This document shows, piece after piece, positions 18,098-27,593 of a DNA stretch of 28,983 bases (positions within the stretch are counted from its first letter, which is position 1; each line of letters opens with the position of its first letter). A program made the position numbers and the translations under genes. The notes under the pieces were generated by a model. It worked only from the letters and a program-made list of their open reading frames with translations. It was not told the origin of the DNA and ran no database searches. Origin of the DNA: a virus (lineage: Duplodnaviria; Caudoviricetes); IMG/VR virus record IMGVR_UViG_3300047545_000404, positions 1 to 28,983 of that record; one strand, written 5' to 3'.

Positions 18098-18859
18098 ATG
18101 AAAAATTTGTTAATAGGTGCAATTAGTGGTAACTATGAAGTAACTGATGTTAGTAAATGGGTGGAAACATCGGATAATTTTAATTGTGATAGAATACTTT
18201 TACTATACAATAATACAAATCAAAATTTGGTTGATTATTTAATAGATAAAAATGTAGATGTAATATCTCCAGAATTTGATATGTATGCCGTTCCTGTTAA
18301 ACAGTTTGAAACGAATACAGCAAATAACAACTTGGAAACATCATATAACTTAATACACAACATACGGTTTCTTCATATATGGAAACTGCTAAACGATACC
18401 GATTATGAAAAGGTATTAGTTACTGATGTCAGAGATGTTTATTTCAATAATGATCCCTTTACAAGATTGCCTCACAATATGATATTAGCATCCAGCGAGG
18501 AGATACAATATGAAAAGGAATCTTGGAATAATAGACATATGTTTATGAATTTGGGAATGATTGGAACAGAAACATTATCGGATAAAAATGTTTACAATGT
18601 TGGTGTTTTCGGTGGTTGTGCAGAATATGTTAAAAGAATTTCAAGAGACATATACCTTATGTCTGTTGGTAAAAAACTTGTTGCGGATCAAACATCATTC
18701 AATTACCTGATACAAACTTCTTACAAGGATGATGTTATGTTCACAGACTTGAATGATAAATTTGCAGTTCATCTTGATGTAATTTCAAAGGGTCTTGTTC
18801 AATTTGATATTAACACAATAGATGATTATTTAATTGTCCACCAATATGACAGATTATGA
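18098..18859 (+). CDS. GT-A-fold nucleotide-diphospho-sugar transferase-like protein
   Basis: RF...VLVTDVRDVYFNNDPF, YNVGVFGG, DQTSFN, C-terminal VHQYDR. Confidence 0.72.
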   Translation: MKNLLIGAISGNYEVTDVSKWVETSDNFNCDRILLLYNNTNQNLVDYLIDKNVDVISPEFDMYAVPVKQFETNTANNNLETSYNLIHNIRFLHIWKLLNDTDYEKVLVTDVRDVYFNNDPFTRLPHNMILASSEEIQYEKESWNNRHMFMNLGMIGTETLSDKNVYNVGVFGGCAEYVKRISRDIYLMSVGKKLVADQTSFNYLIQTSYKDDVMFTDLNDKFAVHLDVISKGLVQFDINTIDDYLIVHQYDRL

Positions 18860-19572
18860 AATACTCTATAATAATATCATACAGAGATAGGGAAGAACAT
18901 CTATCTAAATTATTACCACAATTAAGAAACCATTTCATCGAAGGTGAGTATGAAATAATTGTTGTTGAACAAAATGATATAGATAAGTTTCAAAAAAATT
19001 CACTATACAATTTAGCTGCAAAAAGATCCAATGGTGATATTTTAATTTTCCACGATGTAGATTATTATCCAGTTTCTAATATATCGTATGAAACTGATAT
19101 AAATACACCTTTCTATCCAGTCGGTAGAGTTAAATTCTTGGCAGAAGATGATACCGAAAGAAACTTCGATGATATTCCTGCTGGTTATAGAAATTTTCAT
19201 AATACAGTTGGTGATCATTCTGGCGGTGTTTTTGTTTTACACCGAGATTTATTTGAAAAAATCGGAGGTCTTAATCCGTATTACAAAGGGTGGGGAAAAG
19301 AAGATGACGATACAAGAGAAAGATTAAGATTGCATGGATATGAATGGAAAAGAAATAAAGATGGATTGTTTTATGCACTTCATCACGAAGATAGTAAACC
19401 TGCGGATGGTGATATTGATTTTGTAAATAATCATATAATACATTACAATTTGAAAAAATGGTTACAGTATGGTTACAAAGACGTAAATGCAGATGTTGAA
19501 GAATATAATGCAGATGAAGATTTAAGATGGTTAAAAGTTAGTAATTTTATTTACAATGAGGTTTCAATATGA
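18856..19572 (+). CDS. beta-1,4-galactosyltransferase-like (GT7/GT2) protein
   Basis: YRDREEHL, VVEQ...FQK, IFHDVD, GGV, GWGKEDDD hallmark motifs. Confidence 0.88.
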   Translation: MKYSIIISYRDREEHLSKLLPQLRNHFIEGEYEIIVVEQNDIDKFQKNSLYNLAAKRSNGDILIFHDVDYYPVSNISYETDINTPFYPVGRVKFLAEDDTERNFDDIPAGYRNFHNTVGDHSGGVFVLHRDLFEKIGGLNPYYKGWGKEDDDTRERLRLHGYEWKRNKDGLFYALHHEDSKPADGDIDFVNNHIIHYNLKKWLQYGYKDVNADVEEYNADEDLRWLKVSNFIYNEVSI

Positions 19573-20429
19573 AAATTTTAGTTAAAGCAGTTGGTTTTAT
19601 TGGTGACAATATATTTGCAACATCGGTTGCTAAAAAATTAAAAGATAAATACGGAAAAAAATGTAGAGTTGATTTTAAGTTATCAATCCTTGCTCCTTTT
19701 GAATTGGCTTACAATAACCCATATATTGACAATGTTTATTTTGCAGAATGTGATGAAACTATTTACGATGTTATACATGAGTTGAAACCAATTGATAGAA
19801 AATCAACACCGATAGAACAATTCCAAATTCAATGTGATATTGAAGATTCAGATACAGAATACAGAGTTTATACATCTAAGGCAATAGATGAATTGATAAA
19901 TCAGGCATTCAAACAATATAGAGATAACAATACTGTGTTAGTGGCTGTTCAATCCAATTGGGAAGAAAAGAGTTTTCTATTCACGGAAGAAGACTATAAC
20001 CGAGGAATAGATGTTCCGAATTTGGGCTATGGTGGGAAAAGACGCGATATAACTAAAATTGTAAATGTATTGATTGGCGATGAAAAAATTATATTGATTC
20101 CAGTTGGTAAACCAAACGGGTATAATCAATCAGTTGCAGAAGTAACCGCTGTTAGTGAACTATCATTGACAACATCTATAATAAAAGAATGTGATTACTT
20201 CATAGGATCAGAGGGTGGGCTTTCAAACATTGCGGCTGGAGTTGGCACTAAAACAATAATTACAGGAGATTTCGTTCATCAACTATATGGTTGGAATGGT
20301 GTGATTGAAAAGAATGAAGAACCAAAATTGGGACCAAAATTTTATTTCCCAAAATTTGGCCATGTCACATTAAATCCTTATATTAGTGATGAAGAAGTTA
20401 TTGCAGAATTAAGAAAATTATTGGTATGA
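19569..20429 (+). CDS. glycosyltransferase family 9 (heptosyltransferase-like)
   Basis: GFIGDNIFAT, NNPYID, CDYFIGSEGGLSNIAAGVGTKTI. Confidence 0.75.
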   Translation: MKILVKAVGFIGDNIFATSVAKKLKDKYGKKCRVDFKLSILAPFELAYNNPYIDNVYFAECDETIYDVIHELKPIDRKSTPIEQFQIQCDIEDSDTEYRVYTSKAIDELINQAFKQYRDNNTVLVAVQSNWEEKSFLFTEEDYNRGIDVPNLGYGGKRRDITKIVNVLIGDEKIILIPVGKPNGYNQSVAEVTAVSELSLTTSIIKECDYFIGSEGGLSNIAAGVGTKTIITGDFVHQLYGWNGVIEKNEEPKLGPKFYFPKFGHVTLNPYISDEEVIAELRKLLV

Positions 20430-21094
20430 AATCTGCTAGAAAATATGCAAGTAAAATAATAAACGAGAGATATATCAATGCTAGAATATCTTACCGAGAT
20501 TTATTTCCATACGGCGAACTGTTGATGAAAATATCAAATGGGTTTGAAAGTATAACGGAGGTAATTTTATCGCCCATAAATAATCAATTAACTTTTACTT
20601 GGTGTATGCTGGAATCAATGAATAAATCAAGAAGTCATTTCAAATCAATATATGGAACTGATCCAAAAAGAAAATTTGTTCACATATCAAAAGATAAATT
20701 CCATTCTGAAATGTCATATACAAAAGATTTATCGATATATTCCGATATTGAATTTCATATGATGCGATTAAAAGCTGTTAAAGAAATTCAATCAACTGAC
20801 ATGATGTTCATTTATATTGACAGTAGATCTAGTGATAATTCTAAAAATACATCCACTCATACTGAAATTTTTGATGTATTAAATAGATTTCAAAGTTTTG
20901 TTAAAAAAAATATAGTGATTCACGATAGGGGATTAAACTATGAGATAATGGATTATTCGGATAAATTTAATTTATCGAAAGGAGTTCAATCCGCTTCGAT
21001 AGAATTTTTACAAAAAAATCACCAATGGTCATTGGTCACTGGAAATAATACAGAATTTGGTTTTACTATATTAAGCAAAGATGGAGACAAATAA
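20426..21094 (+). CDS. hypothetical protein, divergent class I SAM-methyltransferase-like (Methyltransf_24-like)
   Basis: C-terminal half 'TDMMFIYID...HT...VKKNIVIHD...GVQSASIEFL...W...GFTIL' resembles this family; the glycine-rich SAM motif I is not recognisable. Confidence 0.5.
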   Translation: MKSARKYASKIINERYINARISYRDLFPYGELLMKISNGFESITEVILSPINNQLTFTWCMLESMNKSRSHFKSIYGTDPKRKFVHISKDKFHSEMSYTKDLSIYSDIEFHMMRLKAVKEIQSTDMMFIYIDSRSSDNSKNTSTHTEIFDVLNRFQSFVKKNIVIHDRGLNYEIMDYSDKFNLSKGVQSASIEFLQKNHQWSLVTGNNTEFGFTILSKDGDK

Positions 21095-21095
21095 A

Positions 21096-21512
21096 ATGCA
21101 CAAAATTTATTCAAAGGTTGAACCTGAAAAACTACTCCACATAATAGTGAGGAAAGATGATTTCAAACCTGGCAGACAGGATATTGTTGAAGAAAATCAA
21201 TTCATACAATGTTCCATACTACAAATGGAAGAAGGTAAAACTTTCAAACCACATAAACATATTTGGAAAGAAAGAACACGAAATGTTATTGCACAAGAAA
21301 GTTGGATAGTTGTTCGTGGTAGTGTCAAATGTATTTTTTATGATATAGATGATACAATAATTGCAGAGCCGATTCTTTATCCTGGAGATGCAAGTTTCAC
21401 ACTTGAAGGTGGCCATAATTATTATATTCTCGAAGATGATACATTTGTATATGAATATAAAACAGGACCATATGAAGGACAACAACTTGATAAAAAATTC
21501 ATAGGTGAGTGA
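21096..21512 (+). CDS. cupin-fold protein (WbuC-like)
   Basis: PHKH...QESW.V..G...GGHNY...EYKTGPY; GGAG RBS favours ATG 21096 (alternative 21081). Confidence 0.8.
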   Translation: MHKIYSKVEPEKLLHIIVRKDDFKPGRQDIVEENQFIQCSILQMEEGKTFKPHKHIWKERTRNVIAQESWIVVRGSVKCIFYDIDDTIIAEPILYPGDASFTLEGGHNYYILEDDTFVYEYKTGPYEGQQLDKKFIGE

Positions 21513-22024
21513 TGTCATTGATTGATGTGTTTGTTCACAATGATGTTGAGTTCAAAATAAAACCTATTCTTGGCAATCATATAGCAATAGACAAAGGTGT
21601 TTATTGTACAGTAAATATAAAGATTGGATCATATACACATATATCGCCTTATGTAACTATAATAGGTGGAAAAAATGGTTCATTTGAATGTCAAGGATTC
21701 AATAACATAATGGCTGGTGCAAGAATAATTTGTTCTTCTGATAGATTTGATGATAGTGGTTTATTCGGTGCAATGATACCAAATGAATTGAAAGGTAAAC
21801 AAATTACAAGTCCAGTTCTAATGGAAGAATTTTCAAACATAGGAACTAATGCAATAGTTTTACCTGGATCAATTTTACGCAGAGGCGTGCTATTAACTGC
21901 GGGAAGTTTGTTAATTGGTGACACAGAAGAATGGGGTGTCTATAAAGGAAACCCTGCAAAGTTAGTGAAAAAAATTGATGGTACTAAAATAATAGAAAAT
22001 TCAAAAAAATTAAAAAAGGATTGA
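21512..22024 (+). CDS. hexapeptide-repeat (left-handed beta-helix) sugar acyltransferase
   Basis: IGSYTHISPYVTI, IGTNAIVLPGSIL, GNPAK; ATG 21512 overlaps the upstream TGA (GTG 21509 alternative). Confidence 0.85.
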   Translation: MSLIDVFVHNDVEFKIKPILGNHIAIDKGVYCTVNIKIGSYTHISPYVTIIGGKNGSFECQGFNNIMAGARIICSSDRFDDSGLFGAMIPNELKGKQITSPVLMEEFSNIGTNAIVLPGSILRRGVLLTAGSLLIGDTEEWGVYKGNPAKLVKKIDGTKIIENSKKLKKD

Positions 22025-22027
22025 GTT

Positions 22028-22633
22028 ATGTTTCAGATAGTGCAAGAATTTGAAAAAGAAGTTGCAAAGTTTTTTGGTGCACCGTTTGCAGTTGCTGTTG
22101 ATAGTTGCACACATGGTATTGAACTTGCTCTTCGTTATACTAATGTAAATAAGATTTCAGTTCCTAAACATACATATATTTCTATCCCATTTCTTTCAAG
22201 TAAATTGAATATGGAATTGGAATGGAGAGATGAAAATTGGATAGATTATTATTATTTAACTGATAATGTTATAGATGCTGCTGTATTGTGGAAACAAAAT
22301 AGTTACATACCAAATACAATGATGGGTATAAGTTTTCAATATCAAAAACATTTATCGTTGGGTAGGGGTGGTATTCTTTTGATTGATAATGAAGCTGCTG
22401 CTATAGAAATAAAGAAAATGTCTTATGATGGTAGATTACCAGTTATCCCATGGCGAGAACAAAATATATCAACAATAGGTTATCATTATTACATGACACC
22501 TGAAACTGCTAAACTTGGTTTAGAAAAATTGCCAATGGCAATGGAAACAGAACCGAGACAATGGATTATATCGGATTGGCCAGATTTAACTCAAATGGAA
22601 GTATTCAAAAAAAAATATAGGAAAGTAAGATGA
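22028..22633 (+). CDS. DegT/DnrJ/EryC1/StrS-family sugar aminotransferase, short form
   Basis: FEKEVA...AVAVDSCTHG, IDAA, SFQYQKHLSLGRGG (PLP lysine), GYHYYM; only 201 aa. Confidence 0.82.
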   Translation: MFQIVQEFEKEVAKFFGAPFAVAVDSCTHGIELALRYTNVNKISVPKHTYISIPFLSSKLNMELEWRDENWIDYYYLTDNVIDAAVLWKQNSYIPNTMMGISFQYQKHLSLGRGGILLIDNEAAAIEIKKMSYDGRLPVIPWREQNISTIGYHYYMTPETAKLGLEKLPMAMETEPRQWIISDWPDLTQMEVFKKKYRKVR

Positions 22634-23613
22634 ATAAGAAAAAGGCATTCATAACAGGAATAGGTGGGCAAGATGGTTCATATCTTGCAGAACATCTTGA
22701 AGCATTGGGGTACGATGTATATGGTATGATCAGAAGAAACTCTGTACCAGAACATCAACAAACTAGACTTAGCGGAAACAATGAAAACATAAAAGTATTC
22801 TATGGTGATTTGTTAGATCAATCTAGTATAGAAAGATTATTAACCGAAATTATGCCAGATGAAATATACAATTTAGCTGCACAGTCTCATGTTAGAGTTA
22901 GTTACGATATTCCACAATTTACTGTCCAAACAAATTCAATTGGCGTATTGAATATGTTAGATTCGTATAAAAGGATTTGTCCTAATGCGAAATTCTATCA
23001 GGCATCTTCTTCTGAAATGTTTGGTAGTTCCGTTGATGATGATGGTTTTCAACGAGAAACAACTCCTATGAAGCCAGTATCACCTTATGGGTGTTCAAAA
23101 GTATTTGCTTTTAACATTGTTCGCAATTATAGGAATGCATATAATCTGCATGCAAGCAATGGTATTCTTTTTAATCACGAATCACCAAGACGCGGATCTA
23201 ATTTTGTAACCAATAAAGTTGTAAAGACTGCTGTTAAAATAAAATTAGGTTTGGAAAACAAATTAGTATTGGGCAATCTCGATTCATACAGAGATTGGGG
23301 ACACTCAAAAGATTATGTAAGAGCTATGCATCTTATATTACAACAAGACAATCCGGATGATTGGGTTGTTGCTACCGGTGAAACTCGTTCAGTCAGAGAA
23401 ATGTGTGAGTATGTTTTTAGTAAACTCGAATTGGATTATCGTGATTATGTAGTCCAAGATGAAAAGTTTTTAAGACCAGAGGAATTACCGTATCTAAAAG
23501 GTGACTCATCCCGTATAAGAAATATACTTGGATGGAAGCCGGAATATACTTTCAATGCTACAATGGATGAAATGATATATCATTGGATGTCTTTACTTGG
23601 GGGTAACAAATGA
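22630..23613 (+). CDS. gmd: GDP-mannose 4,6-dehydratase
   Basis: ITGIGGQDGSYL, YNLAAQSHV, YQASSSEMFG, SPYGCSK, NHESPRRG, RDWG, LRPEE. Confidence 0.97.
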   Translation: MNKKKAFITGIGGQDGSYLAEHLEALGYDVYGMIRRNSVPEHQQTRLSGNNENIKVFYGDLLDQSSIERLLTEIMPDEIYNLAAQSHVRVSYDIPQFTVQTNSIGVLNMLDSYKRICPNAKFYQASSSEMFGSSVDDDGFQRETTPMKPVSPYGCSKVFAFNIVRNYRNAYNLHASNGILFNHESPRRGSNFVTNKVVKTAVKIKLGLENKLVLGNLDSYRDWGHSKDYVRAMHLILQQDNPDDWVVATGETRSVREMCEYVFSKLELDYRDYVVQDEKFLRPEELPYLKGDSSRIRNILGWKPEYTFNATMDEMIYHWMSLLGGNK

Positions 23614-24485
23614 ACAAATTAAAAATCTTTATGTGTAATCCTGGAAACTTTGGTGACAAAGAAGTGATAGGAGAATGGCCATGTTTCCCTAGCAAATATG
23701 TTGAATGGACATCAAACGAAATGCAAGACATAGCAATATGGGTGGATTGTTGGGCAGAGCCGTGGACAAATCAAATGTTCAGAAAAGACATTGGTATAAA
23801 ACATAACATTGCAGTTTTAATAGAGCCAATGAAACTAGCAGAATGGCATTACCAATTTGTTTTGGACAATGAACATCATTTTGATATGATATTCAGCAAT
23901 TACATTGATTTCGGAAAAAATGCAAAAAATCCAAATAAATTCAAAACCTTTCCAGGTGGATCAAGAACACTTATTAGACCAGAAGAATGGCAAATATATT
24001 CCAAAAGCAAAAATGTTGGATGTATAATGTCTCATAAATCATTTATGCCTGGACATAAATTGAGACACGAAATACGATCAAGACATGAAAATTTATTTGA
24101 ACCAATAATAGATTACAATAATCCAGAATTTTATTCAAAATACATCGGACTAAAAGATTATCGTTTTGATTTGGCAATTGAAAATGAAGATAGCTACAAA
24201 ACATTTACAGAAAAATTATTGGATCCAATGTTGTGTGGTTGTATTCCTATTTACTGGTCGGATGGTGATACATCGTATCTTGATATGTTTGATAAAGATG
24301 GAATTGTTTTCTTTAAGGATTCCGATGATTTATTCGATAAACTTCTGAATGGTATGTTTACGGAAGAATTTTACAATAGTAAAATGAATGCAATTAAACA
24401 TAATTTTGAAATTGCAAAAAATTATTTAAGTCTCGGCGATATGCTTTGGGAAAATGGTATCAAAGAATTAGTAGGTGCAACATGA
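23610..24485 (+). CDS. glycosyltransferase family 10 (fucosyltransferase-like)
   Basis: YRFDLAIEN...TEKL.D...CGCIPIYW alpha-1,3-fucosyltransferase motif; adjacent to gmd. Confidence 0.8.
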   Translation: MNKLKIFMCNPGNFGDKEVIGEWPCFPSKYVEWTSNEMQDIAIWVDCWAEPWTNQMFRKDIGIKHNIAVLIEPMKLAEWHYQFVLDNEHHFDMIFSNYIDFGKNAKNPNKFKTFPGGSRTLIRPEEWQIYSKSKNVGCIMSHKSFMPGHKLRHEIRSRHENLFEPIIDYNNPEFYSKYIGLKDYRFDLAIENEDSYKTFTEKLLDPMLCGCIPIYWSDGDTSYLDMFDKDGIVFFKDSDDLFDKLLNGMFTEEFYNSKMNAIKHNFEIAKNYLSLGDMLWENGIKELVGAT

Positions 24486-25180
24486 ATAACATAAAAATAG
24501 TTTATAGAGTATCAGACACCGGTTACAATAAAGTTAAACCAGATTACATAACAAATGAAAACTGTTTAAGAAATGCGGTTGAAGTATTTGGTAAAGATAA
24601 CTTTCATATTATCGCTGATAATGTCTCAGATGCCACAGAACAAATGATATTGAAATATGTTAATAACATTCAAAAGGTTTCTGTTGGAAATGGTGCAGGA
24701 ACATTCAATCTTGCTTTAGATTGGGCATTGGAACAGGATGAAAATTTGCTTGTATATTTCTTGGAAAATGATTATCTTCATAAGTCAAATTCAATTGATA
24801 TAATTGAGGAAGGAATAGAACTTGGTGCAGATTATGTTAGTTTATATGATCATCCTGATAAATACATACCAGCAATTCGTGGTGGAAACAAATTTGTAGA
24901 TGAAGATGGTGGGGAAATAACAAAAGTGTATCTTTCAAAAAGTTGTCATTGGAAATTGGCTAACAGCACTACAATGACATTTGCGGGTAAGGTTAAATCT
25001 TTGAAACGAGATGAATCTATTTTACGAAAGTGGACAAACATGGGTGGTTATCCGAGAGATTTTGATATGTTCTTGGAATTGAGAGACAACGGTGTGTCAC
25101 TAATGACACCTATTCCTGGATATTCAACTCACGGTGAAACTGCATGGTTGTCACCATTAACAGATTGGGGTAAATTATGA
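24482..25180 (+). CDS. GT-A / GT2-like glycosyltransferase
   Basis: IIADN, GNGAGTF, VYFLENDYLH, STHGE; ATGA overlaps on both sides. Confidence 0.7.
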   Translation: MNNIKIVYRVSDTGYNKVKPDYITNENCLRNAVEVFGKDNFHIIADNVSDATEQMILKYVNNIQKVSVGNGAGTFNLALDWALEQDENLLVYFLENDYLHKSNSIDIIEEGIELGADYVSLYDHPDKYIPAIRGGNKFVDEDGGEITKVYLSKSCHWKLANSTTMTFAGKVKSLKRDESILRKWTNMGGYPRDFDMFLELRDNGVSLMTPIPGYSTHGETAWLSPLTDWGKL

Positions 25181-25965
25181 TTTCGGTAATAATACCAACA
25201 TACAGAAATTCAAAGTGTTTAGACATTTGCTTGAAGTCTGCATTAGAAAATCAAAAGTATGAGAATGAAATAATAGTTGTCATAGATGGTTTCGTTGAAG
25301 AATCACAACACATCATAGATGAATATAGTAATAGAGTTTCGTTCATACCGTTGGAACAGAACTCTGGTATGCAACACGCATTAAATATAGGTACATACAA
25401 TGTAACAAATGAATGGATGTTAATTGTAAATGATGACAATGTTTTTCCGAAAGATTGGGACACCATTCTTGAAAAAGACTTTCAAGATAAGTTAGTGATA
25501 ACACCAAATCAAATTGAAAGAACACCAAGTATATTTAATTTCGTTACACTTAATTTTGGTGGTGTAGATGATTTTGATTTTAATAAATACACGGAGGAGG
25601 AACAAAATCATAGAGTAGATTCACTAACAAATGATGGTGAGATATTCCCATTCGTCATGCAAAAGAAATACTATATGGCAGTTGGTGGATTCGATACGAT
25701 ATATGATTCCCCTTTTATTTGTGATTGGGATTTCTTTTTGAAATTGGAAATGATAGGTTGTAGATTTAGTAGAAGTAGAAAACTAAACTTCTATCATTTT
25801 GGAAGCATGTCTACAAAGAACGGTTCGGAAGCAGATAGATTCAAGGAAAGTGAAATGAATGCAGTTGAAACATTTAAGTATAAATGGGGATTCCAACCAT
25901 TCAAAACAAAGGAAAACTCACATTATCCAGTGGGAAATTTTATTAAAGGAATACGATATGAATAA
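25177..25965 (+). CDS. glycosyltransferase family 2
   Basis: ISVIIPTY, IIVVIDG, ALNIG, VNDD, VGGFD, CDWDF, YHFGS. Confidence 0.9.
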   Translation: MISVIIPTYRNSKCLDICLKSALENQKYENEIIVVIDGFVEESQHIIDEYSNRVSFIPLEQNSGMQHALNIGTYNVTNEWMLIVNDDNVFPKDWDTILEKDFQDKLVITPNQIERTPSIFNFVTLNFGGVDDFDFNKYTEEEQNHRVDSLTNDGEIFPFVMQKKYYMAVGGFDTIYDSPFICDWDFFLKLEMIGCRFSRSRKLNFYHFGSMSTKNGSEADRFKESEMNAVETFKYKWGFQPFKTKENSHYPVGNFIKGIRYE

Positions 25966-26959
25966 AGAAACTGTTTTAATAACTGGTGGTGCTGGACTTC
26001 TTGGATCAAGACTTACTGATTGGATTATAGAAAATAAACCAAACTATCATGTTGTTAGTATAGATAATCTTTCGGGTGGGTATATTGAAAATGTTAATAA
26101 AGATGCAACCTTTTACAAAGTTGATTGTGTTGATAGAAAAGGAATAGATGATATATTTAACAAACACAATCCAACTTATGTATATCATATGGCGGCCTAT
26201 GCGGCTGAGGGGTTGTCACCATTTATTCGTTGTTTTAATTATGAGAATAACCTTCTGGCAACTGCTAATATAGTTAATAACTGTATTAAACATGATGTGA
26301 AAAGATTAGTGTTCACATCAACAATGGCGGTTTATGGTCATGGTAATCCACCATTTGATGAATCACATCAACCTGCACCAATAGATCCATATGGTGTTGC
26401 AAAGTTTGCATGTGAACAAGACATACAAATTGCAGGTGAGCAACATGGTTTAGATTGGTGCATAATAAGGCCACATAATGTTTACGGTATCAAACAAAAC
26501 ATTTGGGATAAGTATAGAAATGTTTTGGGTATATGGATGTATCAAGTTCTTAATAATAAACCAATGACTATTTATGGTGACGGCAATCAAGTTCGTGCTT
26601 TTAGTTACATAGATGATTGTCTTGAACCTCTATGGAAGGCAGCAGTTGATATTAGGGCATCCAAAGAAATAATAAATTTGGGTGGAACAAATGAATATAG
26701 TATCAATTTTGCTAACGAGATATTACATTCAGTTATAGGATATGGTGATACGATTTACTTGGAACCAAGACATGAAGTTAAATATGCACATCCAACTTGG
26801 GATAAATCTGTTAAATTATTAGATTATGAAGATAAAACTCTTCTGGATTATGGATTGTCTAAAATGTGGGATTGGGCAAAATCACAACCTACGCGTGATC
26901 AATTTATTTGGAATGAATATGAATTGGACAAAGGGATATATTCTTTTTGGAAAAAATAA
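25958..26959 (+). CDS. NAD-dependent nucleotide-sugar epimerase/dehydratase (extended SDR)
   Basis: ITGGAGLLGS, IDNLSGG, STMAVYG, YGVAK (YxxxK), RPHNVYG, GDGNQVRAF; ATG 25958 with AAGGA RBS. Confidence 0.92.
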   Translation: MNKETVLITGGAGLLGSRLTDWIIENKPNYHVVSIDNLSGGYIENVNKDATFYKVDCVDRKGIDDIFNKHNPTYVYHMAAYAAEGLSPFIRCFNYENNLLATANIVNNCIKHDVKRLVFTSTMAVYGHGNPPFDESHQPAPIDPYGVAKFACEQDIQIAGEQHGLDWCIIRPHNVYGIKQNIWDKYRNVLGIWMYQVLNNKPMTIYGDGNQVRAFSYIDDCLEPLWKAAVDIRASKEIINLGGTNEYSINFANEILHSVIGYGDTIYLEPRHEVKYAHPTWDKSVKLLDYEDKTLLDYGLSKMWDWAKSQPTRDQFIWNEYELDKGIYSFWKK

Positions 26960-26979
26960 ATATAAAAGAAAATTATGAA

Positions 26980-26990
26980 CATATTTATAG
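26980..26990 (+). promoter_or_regulatory. putative late promoter core CATATTTATAG
   Basis: Intergenic ATATTTAT core shared with 1713, 13285 and 28016. Confidence 0.45.
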
Positions 26991-27023
26991 ATGGAATATG
27001 ACATTTAATTTTTGGAGAAAATT

Positions 27024-27380
27024 ATGCATGAAATAGCGAGCACATTGGTGGCTATTCAAACACAACTTCGTTTCTTTCATTGGCAAACCAAGTCTTACGC
27101 ACGTCATCAGGCATATGGAGGAACATATAGTGCAATGGATGGTTTAATTGATAATTTTGTTGAGGTTTTAATGGGGAAATATGGTAGAGTTCCTGCTATG
27201 CCTTTCAAACTGTATAATAGAAATGAAAAAGATATTTTATCATTTATAGATGAAACCATTTCATATCTATTAAATTTGGATAATGTTCTGGATGGTCAAA
27301 CAGATACAGACTTGCTTAACATTCGCGATGAAATGGTTGCGGAATTTAATAAGCTTCGTTATTTAATTACATTAAAGTAA
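27024..27380 (+). CDS. ferritin/Dps-like four-helix protein (DUF5856-like)
   Basis: FFHWQTKSYARHQA...Y...IDNFVE...LLNIRDEM...LRYL; GGAG RBS. Confidence 0.8.
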   Translation: MHEIASTLVAIQTQLRFFHWQTKSYARHQAYGGTYSAMDGLIDNFVEVLMGKYGRVPAMPFKLYNRNEKDILSFIDETISYLLNLDNVLDGQTDTDLLNIRDEMVAEFNKLRYLITLK

Positions 27381-27401
27381 AACTAATTAAAGGTGGTTAC
27401 T

Positions 27402-27593
27402 ATGAGCGAGAAAACAGAATTAAGTGAAAATCAAGAATCAAAGGGTCTTGGTGATACAATTGCTAAAATTACAAACGCAGTTGGTTTGGATAAAGTTGCT
27501 GAATCAATTGCTAAAAGTGTAGGTAAAGAAGATTGTGGGTGTAACAAAAGACGCCAAAAATTAAATGATATGTTCCCATATAAAAATGGCTAA
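27402..27593 (+). CDS. small phage protein with CGC motif
   Basis: SKGLGDTIAKIT...DCGCNKRRQKLN pattern recalled from phage hypotheticals; AGGTGG RBS. Confidence 0.75.
   Translation: MSEKTELSENQESKGLGDTIAKITNAVGLDKVAESIAKSVGKEDCGCNKRRQKLNDMFPYKNG

Noticed and set aside
14715-26959. Bacterial O-antigen/capsule locus or genomic island
   Set aside because: No flippase, polymerase, chain-length regulator or integrase; contiguous with phage genes and shares a phage intergenic motif
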